14,134 nt of DNA from Chloroflexota bacterium. Its GTDB lineage: Bacteria > Chloroflexota > Dehalococcoidia > UBA2979. The notes under the pieces were generated by a model. The model was not told the origin of the DNA. It made no database searches and worked only from the letters and a program-made list of their open reading frames with translations. Location of the stretch: NCBI GenBank assembly GCA_027593235.1, contig JAQCIU010000056.1:1-14134 (forward strand), written 5' to 3'. Shown here one piece after another: positions 8,277 through 14,134 of the stretch (position 1 is the stretch's first letter; every line of letters begins with the position of its first letter). Both the position numbers and the translations under genes were made by a program.

Positions 8277-8698
8277 CAGGCTGCTGAAGAAGCGCTCTGA
8301 GCGAAGGGATCGAGGGTGACGAACGTCTGGGCGCGGCCCGTCACATGCCGCTCGACCTGATCAGGGCTTCGATTCGTCGATTCGGGCGGCTGGTGGCGGC
8401 TGAAGGGCACACTTCGCCTACGTCGCGGCGGCTTCCAGCCTGGCCATACGCACCAGGTTGTAGGCGGCGGCGGTGAGCGTGGCGCAGAGCGCGTTCCGTG
8501 CCTGCCCGATGTAGCGGAGCTTGCGCAGGCCGCCCACCGTCTTCGCCCAGCCGAAGACCTCCTCCACCCGCTTGCGTCGCCGCTGGCTGACGGCGTAGCC
8601 GGGATGCCGCGTGGTGCGCCCGTCAATGGCGCTGCGCCGCCTGCGGTCATTCCGGGCGACGTGCGGTGTGATCCGGCGCTGGCGCAGGTCCGCCACGA
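8273..8698 (-). mobile_element. IS5-family (IS1182-related) insertion sequence remnant: transposase C-terminus (8418..8696) plus right end
   Basis: Peptide ITPHVA...SAIDGRTTRHPGYAVSQRRRKRVEEVFGWAKTVGGLRKLRY.G.....AAAYNLVRM. Terminal TTCTTCAGCAGCCTG followed by CTAG on the minus strand at 8273-8291. Confidence 0.85.
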
Positions 8699-8815
8699 CA
8701 CGCCGATCCCGCCGTGGTTCACGACCTCCGCGACCACGTCTTCGCTGTGCGCGAATCCGAAGATCGGGTGATCAACCTCGAACATCTCGGTAATGCGTGT
8801 GTGAAGGCCAGACAT
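8699..8815 (-). pseudogene. 5' fragment of a nitronate monooxygenase (2-nitropropane dioxygenase) family gene
   Basis: AAGGAG RBS, then MSGLHTRITEMFEVDHPIFGFAHSEDVVAEVVNHGGIGV, which matches the family N-terminus. Similarity stops abruptly at the transposase fragment. Confidence 0.7.
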
Positions 8816-9080
8816 CGGGGCTCCTTGCTCAGTTCCGGAGACTCACACTCCACGTGGAGCAGCTCCCTCGGTCACCAACCGCCGTGACCATGAAATCGAC
8901 GTCGCCACCTGCGATCCGCAGCTCTATCTCCGGCGGTGCCGGGCCCTGACGCGTTGCCCGTAGTCCTGCTCGAGGAGAACGCGACATCCGTGCGCTTCCG
9001 CGGAGCAGTACGTCAGCCTTCGCCTTGCCTTTCGCCCCTAGTGGTCGTCGCTCCTCTATCCCGCTCGACGGAGTCCGACC

Positions 9081-9875
9081 CTACCTATTCTGGTTGAACT
9101 CCGGTTCACGCTTGGCCAGGAATGCATTGATCGCCTCGGTGTGGTCGGGCAGGCGGCGCGCGATCTGGTCGCGCAAACCCTCGCGCTCCATCACTGCCAC
9201 GAGGTCTCGATCGAGCGGGTTCTTGGCGAGCAGCTCCTTGATCATCATCACCGCCTGCGTCGGGTTGTTGGCGATCTCTTCGGCGCGCTCCATCGCCGTG
9301 TCGAAGAGGTCGCCCGGTTCGGTAACGGCCGAGACGAGACCCATCCGTAGCGCCTCGTCCGCCTCGACGATCCGGCCGCTGAGGCACATGTCGGTGGCGT
9401 GCCCGAGACCGACGATCTCCGAGAGGATACGGGTGGAACCGAGCTCCGGCATCAGGCCCATCTTGACGAAGCGGATGCTCATCTTCGCCTCCGTGGAGGC
9501 TATGCGGATGTCGCAGGGCAGGATCATCGTGAGACCTATGCCCATGGCGTGGCCGTTGATCGCGGCAACCGAGGGCTTCGAGACCCGGAGCAACTCGGTG
9601 AGACTGTGACCGCCGCGGCTGAGTGGCTGGCCAGCACCCTGGCTGTTCTCGTCGGCGCGCTCAGCAAACCCACCGACGTCGGCACCGGCGCAGAAGGCGC
9701 GGCCTTCGCCCGTGATGAGGATCGCGCCCACCGCCGGATCGTCGTTCCATTTCCCGATCTGATCGTGCAGCTCCCGCGACATCTGCTCGGTCCAAGCGTT
9801 GAGTTTCTCCGGTCGATTGAGCCGGATAACGCCCACGCGGTTGTTGGTCTCGGTCAGGATCTGCAGGTAGGCCAC
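9081..9875 (-). CDS. Enoyl-CoA hydratase/isomerase (crotonase) family protein, 264 aa
   Basis: LNRPEKLNA, ITGEGRAFCAGADV, KPSVAAINGHAMGIG, CDIRIAS, F.KMGLMPELG, AFLAKREPEF. Confidence 0.93.
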   Translation of the reverse strand: MAYLQILTETNNRVGVIRLNRPEKLNAWTEQMSRELHDQIGKWNDDPAVGAILITGEGRAFCAGADVGGFAERADENSQGAGQPLSRGGHSLTELLRVSKPSVAAINGHAMGIGLTMILPCDIRIASTEAKMSIRFVKMGLMPELGSTRILSEIVGLGHATDMCLSGRIVEADEALRMGLVSAVTEPGDLFDTAMERAEEIANNPTQAVMMIKELLAKNPLDRDLVAVMEREGLRDQIARRLPDHTEAINAFLAKREPEFNQNR

Positions 9876-9967
9876 GTTGGTTGCCCCTTGCTGGCACTCG
9901 TTCGCTGCGCCGTGTCTGCCAACCTACGACACCGCCATGCCTTCGTGACTCCGGAATCGGTCGAGGC

Positions 9968-10064
9968 CGTGGGGTGGCAAGACCCGATCCGTTCAGTGTT
10001 TCGGGCGTTTCTCGGTCGGCGGCACGGGCCCCGTTGCGGGCGGATCGAATATTCGTGCCCCACA
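9968..10064 (-). mobile_element. Miniature inverted-repeat element (MITE), 97 bp, IS481-like ends; copy A
   Basis: The minus strand begins TGTGGGGCACGAATATTCGATCCG and ends CGGATCGGGTCTTGCCACCCCACG (imperfect IR, 16/24). Homologous to 13358..13456. Confidence 0.7.
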
Positions 10065-10085
10065 GCACTGAGCGGGGCGAGTATA

Positions 10086-10696
10086 TCATTTACGTGATTG
10101 CGTGAGCATTCCCTCGACCGACCGCCAGTCGAGGATCTGCATGAGGTCGATGACTGCCGCCTCGAGGGAATTCGGCGCGTCCTTCATCCCCACACCATCG
10201 GCGCCTCCCAATAGCGCCCGATGCACGTCGTAGATGTCGTCGACGAAGATCACGACCTCATCGACGTGGTCGCGGATCGTCTCCACGAGAAGCGGCAGGT
10301 CCCCAGGTACGAAATACTCCTTCGTCGAGTGGAGATAGAACGAAAAGTGGAGCGTAAGGATGACGTCGCCGACCTCAGCACTCTCGCGACCCGCTCGACG
10401 ACCGTCCCGAACGCATCGCGCCACAGACTGCGGATCAGTGGGCCTGGGAGCAGAAAGGTCTGCACAACCGTGGGACTCGCCCCGACACCAGGCTAGAACT
10501 CAGCGACCCGCGGGCGCGCTAGCGATTGGAACTCCGATTCGAGCGAGTGGATCGTCACCTGGTGTTGGTGACTGTCGCGGCTAAACGCCACGAACTGCTC
10601 CAGCGACTGCCGGATCCGAGTCCCCGGGATGCCTGCGACGAGCGTGACTTTACCCAATGAGCCCAAGGGGAGGAACGCGTGCCGTGGCATCGTCAC
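10086..10696 (-). pseudogene. Disrupted gene for a possible P-loop / nucleotide-kinase-like protein
   Basis: N-terminal VTLVAGIPGT (degenerate P-loop-like), an in-frame TAG at 10493-10495, a frameshift near 10385, then ...VILTLHFSFY...VVIFVDDIYDVH...QILDWRSVE. It ends next to MITE copy A. The family assignment is tentative. Confidence 0.55.
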
Positions 10697-11848
10697 GACT
10701 TTCTAACGCAGGTGCAAGCGCTGACCCAACTCTCCGCATGGCCTCGTCGCCCCCGCCACCCGTCGCCGGAGGCCGACCTCGACGATGATCTTCGTCTCGG
10801 CGCCCGCGCAAACTGCCTCGATTAGAATCATGGCGCGCGCCCGCTTCTCGTCGGCGTCGGCGCGCCCCCACGTCATCGACAGCAGGTGGGAATGCTCGGC
10901 TGCCTGAGCGCCCTATGTCACGAAAACGCTGACACCGTCCGACCCTGCCTCGCGTCAACTCTCCCCTAACGGTCTCACCCCCTGCGAATGATGTCCGAAG
11001 CGCCGCCCGGTCGGCGTCTGTCCGCTGGAGAAGAGGTGATGCGGTGAGGTGTCCGCGGAGTTTGGAAGCCAGCTTGAGGCGGCAGGCCGACACGCCTCGG
11101 CTACCTGCAGCCATCGAGCTCCTCGCAACTGTGAGAACGACGAATCCTTGAAGATCGCTCGCCCACCGATCCAGTCTCGGCGCCTGGGTGGCTTTCATTT
11201 CTGTGCGGCAGGCCGAGTTCGGCTGTCGTTCAGGCGGGGCAGTGTGCCGCGCAACTGGCTCCGGCCCACGTCGCCTCAGCATCTCTGGTCGGCTATCCGG
11301 AGGTGGAGTCTCCCCCATCTCCACCAAACCGACCTATCGAGAGTCTGTTGGTAACCAGGATCTGATCACGCGAATAAGCGCCTCACCACTGAACAAACAT
11401 AGGCATGTCAGTGTGCTCGTGCGAAATGACCGCCTGCCCGTTTCTCGCCCTCTTCTCGTTCTGAGCGGCGTTCTTGTCCATCTGAGGTAGCAGTGAGGCG
11501 TTTCGGCCACCCTCCGGGCTACCGCTCGGGAGGTATGGACGCGGGGTGACGGCCTCCTCTACCTCCACCATCCCGTTCGGCACCATCAGATCCCGCCCGT
11601 CACCGTCCTCCCACCTTATGTCCCGCACCCATCCGAGCCGCCTGACGTCGGCGCTTCAGGCGAATCTCAATCGCGGGCAACGGCCGGTCAGCTATGCGAA
11701 CCTCCCGTCGAGCTCGACCGCTACCGTAGGTGAACCGGACGATCGCTCCCGCTGGCTGGTCGGGCGCCCTGGGCTTGTACGGGAGCGGCACCCGCGACGA
11801 GGATAGTGAGGGCTGACGACGCCGCGGCACGCGCGGAGGCGCCGCGCA

Positions 11849-13198
11849 CTACACCTTCGCCGACCGCACCCCTTCTCGGAAGGCGGCGGCAGCTGCTTCG
11901 TGATCGAGTACGCGCTCCGGATACCCCAGCTGGCTGAGGTGTGTCGGATCGAGCAGCCAGGGCTCATGGATCTGACCGACGCTTAACGAAGCGAGCTCCG
12001 AAACGTATCGACGGACGTAGTCGCCGCGCGGGTCGAAGCGTCTGGCCTGTCGGACCGGGTTGAGGATCCGGTTCGGGCGCGAGTCGGTCCCGGTGCCCGC
12101 CACCCACTGCCAGTTCGCCGTGTTGTTCGCCACGTCTCCGTCGACGAGCCAGCGATTGAAGTGCGCCGCACCGACCCGCCAGTCGATCCCCATGTGCTTG
12201 GTCAGAATCGACGCCACTACCAGGCGTAGCCGGTTGTGCATCCAGCCTTCCTGGCGGAGTTGCCGCATCGCGGCGTCCACGAACGGGTAGCCGGTCACCC
12301 CTTCCTTCCACGCCCGCTCGAGTTCGATGTCTCGGCGCCAAGGGATACCGCGCGGCCGGAAATCCGAGGTGGTGGTGTTCGGCTGGTTTGCGGTGAACTG
12401 ATGGTAGAAGTCGCGCCAGCACAGCGAGCGGAGCAGCTCAACATAGCCAGGCTCGCTCTGGAGCGTCGCCTCGACCTCACGGGGCGACAGGCACCCGAAA
12501 TGGATTGCCATCCCGAGGCGTGACGAACCCTCGATCGAGTCGTCGTCCGCTGGAGGCTGGCTGAGCAGTGCCGAGAGCTGTGCGCGCGCCGCGGCCTCAC
12601 CACCACGCGGCAGCCGCAGGGATCGCGGCCCGGGACTCAGCACGTCGGGGTCGGGGATCTCCCCCGGGTCTATGCCGTCGCCGAGCGGCACGTGCTGTGG
12701 GACTGGTTCAACTTCGCGGCGCGGCGCCGCGGACCACGATCGCCAGTACGGCGTGAACACTCGATAGGGCGTTCCGGTGCTCGTTTGCAGCTCGTTCGGC
12801 GCCACGATCGTGACGCCGGGCGTCAGCCGCAGTTCGAGGCCAGCCACCCGACACGCCTCGCGCAGCGAGGACTCGCGCCGTCGCGCAAACGGCGACACGT
12901 CCTCGCTAGACCACAGCACCGAGGCGTCCGTGTCCTGCGCGATCCGCATGACCTCGGTGGGCAGGTCGCCGCGCCGGACTATCAGGTCGCCGTCGAGACT
13001 CCGGAGCGACGCGCGCAAGTCATGCAGCGCGTTCACCAGCAGTTGGAGGCGGTTCGGCGAGGTATGTTCCGCTTTGGTGATTCGGTCGTCGAGGACGAAG
13101 AGTGGGACGACCCGCTCGGACTGCCGAACCGCCTGCGCGAGCGCCGGGTGGTCGTGTACGCGCAGGTCGCGGTTGAATAGCACGATCGAGGTGGTCAC
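11849..13198 (-). CDS. phrB: Deoxyribodipyrimidine (CPD) photolyase / cryptochrome-photolyase family protein, 449 aa
   Basis: LFNRDLRVHDHPAL, YRVFTPYW, SSRL...IHFGCLSPR, WRDFY, TGYPFVDAAMRQL..EGWMHNRLR, LVDGD.ANN..NWQWVAGTG.D, NPVRQ..RFDP.G.YVRRYV.EL. GTG start after AGGAGAG. Confidence 0.95.
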   Translation of the reverse strand: MTTSIVLFNRDLRVHDHPALAQAVRQSERVVPLFVLDDRITKAEHTSPNRLQLLVNALHDLRASLRSLDGDLIVRRGDLPTEVMRIAQDTDASVLWSSEDVSPFARRRESSLREACRVAGLELRLTPGVTIVAPNELQTSTGTPYRVFTPYWRSWSAAPRREVEPVPQHVPLGDGIDPGEIPDPDVLSPGPRSLRLPRGGEAAARAQLSALLSQPPADDDSIEGSSRLGMAIHFGCLSPREVEATLQSEPGYVELLRSLCWRDFYHQFTANQPNTTTSDFRPRGIPWRRDIELERAWKEGVTGYPFVDAAMRQLRQEGWMHNRLRLVVASILTKHMGIDWRVGAAHFNRWLVDGDVANNTANWQWVAGTGTDSRPNRILNPVRQARRFDPRGDYVRRYVSELASLSVGQIHEPWLLDPTHLSQLGYPERVLDHEAAAAAFREGVRSAKV

Positions 13199-13357
13199 GG
13201 ATGCTCTCCTCGTGGCTCGGCACCGGGTCGGTGGGGACGGACGCCCGGCCCACGGTCGCCCGTCCCCAACTGTCGCTGGTGCCCGTCGCTAGGTGACGGT
13301 GAGCTCCGCGACCATTCCTAGCGAGAGATCCCGACGCCCGCGGCATTCTGGAGGACT

Positions 13358-13456
13358 TGTGGGGCACGGATGTTCGATCCGAGTAGGTTTCGCCGGGTTC
13401 AACAGCCTGAGAAACGATGCAAACACAGCTCGGATCGAATAATGGCGCACCGCACA
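13358..13456 (+). mobile_element. Miniature inverted-repeat element (MITE), 99 bp, IS481-like ends; copy B
   Basis: TGTGGGGCACGGATGTTCGATCCG ... CGGATCGAATAATGGCGCACCGCACA. The left end is 22/24 identical to that of copy A. Confidence 0.72.
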
Positions 13457-13622
13457 GGCTCAGCAGCGCTGGCGTGCGGTCAACAGCCCGCGTCTCGTCG
13501 CGCTCGTCCGCGCCGGCGCCAGGTTCGATAAAGGAGTACTCATCGAGCAAGATCAGCTTCAGGATCAGGAAGCCGCCGCGTGATCAGTCGACGCACCGAT
13601 CCACAACTTTTGACGATATCTC
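13457..13622 (+). mobile_element. IS256-family remnant: transposase C-terminus (stop 13583) and right terminal repeat
   Basis: AQQRWRAVNSPRLVALVRAGARFDKGVLIEQ...AAA* followed by ATCCACAACTTTTGACGATATCTC, both typical of IS256-family elements. Confidence 0.8.
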
Positions 13623-13636
13623 CGACCGCTGCGCGA

Positions 13637-13768
13637 TTAGCGGTTGTCTTGGCCGTCCTCTTGGCTGGCCTTCCGAAGGCGCTCGAGCTCGATGAACGAG
13701 TAGGTGCCGATCGCGACTACTGCGGTCACGACTACACCCACGATCCCCACGATCGTCTCTGTATCCAT
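13637..13768 (-). CDS. Small single-pass membrane protein, 43 aa (cassette gene B, copy 2; not in ORF track)
   Basis: GAGGGAGATC-ATG start. MDTETIVGIVGVVVTAVVAIGTYSFIELERLRKASQEDGQDNR*. 19 of the first 30 residues are identical to 5401..5598. Confidence 0.75.
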   Translation of the reverse strand: MDTETIVGIVGVVVTAVVAIGTYSFIELERLRKASQEDGQDNR

Positions 13769-13795
13769 GATCTCCCTCTCACTCTTTCGATGGGC

Positions 13796-13972
13796 CTAGG
13801 AGCTGCCTCTTCGGGCCTCGAGCAGGGCCCCGAAAGAGAGGATCGATGGGACCCAGATGCCCACGAACACACCCTCATCCTTGTTGTCCGTGAACCAGAG
13901 CAGGACGGAGAAGATGAAGGAGGCGAACGCGGCAACCAGAATTGCGACGATGAACCTATTGGCGGCGCTCAT
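13796..13972 (-). CDS. Small two-helix membrane protein, 58 aa (cassette gene A, copy 2; not in ORF track)
   Basis: GGAGGATTCA-ATG start. MSAANRFIVAILVAAFASFIFSVLLWFTDNKDEGVFVGIWVPSILSFGALLEARRGSS*. About 46/59 identical to 5730..5915 by manual alignment. Confidence 0.82.
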   Translation of the reverse strand: MSAANRFIVAILVAAFASFIFSVLLWFTDNKDEGVFVGIWVPSILSFGALLEARRGSS

Positions 13973-14134
13973 TGAATCCTCCGAACGGTTATTTTACCGG
14001 AACGCTAAGATACTACCGCCGATATGGGGAGAGCGTCGTATGGGGCAAAGATTCTAAGTGTTGCACCTCTAGGTGACTGGTGTCTTTCGAGGCTCGCGTC
14101 TGAGTCGCTGAGGGGGGAAGATCAGCGAACGGGG

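Noticed and set aside
8820-9080. Small hairpins and a possible ~52-codon minus-strand ORF between the NMO fragment and the crotonase
   Set aside because: No RBS, homology cue or U-tract terminator supports them.
10493-10495. In-frame TAG as possible pyrrolysine or readthrough codon
   Set aside because: The same gene also has a frameshift and a truncation, and no pyl genes or catalytic context are present. Ordinary decay is more likely.
10650-11830. Several 76-225 aa ORFs in the long intergenic stretch
   Set aside because: No family motifs or convincing RBS. The MVE... peptides come from the reverse strand of the CTCCACCA scars.
14023-14134. Repeated TATGGGG and a possible further IS/MITE end near the window edge
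   Set aside because: The match to the TGTGGGGCAC terminus is weak and no partner end is visible in the window.

Overview
High-GC bacterial accessory region, heavily scarred by insertion sequences. The gene mix would fit Chloroflexota or Actinomycetota, but this is not provable from the window. Left part: two related IS481-like (rve integrase-core) transposases flank a Cys-type arylsulfatase. Centre: a divergent cluster that looks like a light/photo-oxidative stress module. Its minus arm has two tiny membrane proteins, a peroxiredoxin-like protein and an MpaB/DUF2236 protein. Its plus arm has a PNPOx-like flavin-binding protein, an FAD-dependent oxidoreductase and an SRPBCC protein. The ORF track truncates the peroxiredoxin-like gene. 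It really starts at 5379 and reads through an in-frame TGA at a UxxC motif followed by a bacterial SECIS-like hairpin, so it is very probably a selenoprotein. The same arm contains a perfect (TG)26 tract and five 11-bp-spaced repeats resembling a CarH/LitR operator. Right part: IS5 and IS256 remnants, a truncated nitronate monooxygenase, an enoyl-CoA hydratase, a broken P-loop-like gene, two ~98-bp MITEs sharing ends with the IS481-like elements, two tmRNA/tRNA-Ala 3'-end-like scars, a CPD photolyase, and a second diverged copy of the two-small-membrane-protein cassette that the ORF track missed.
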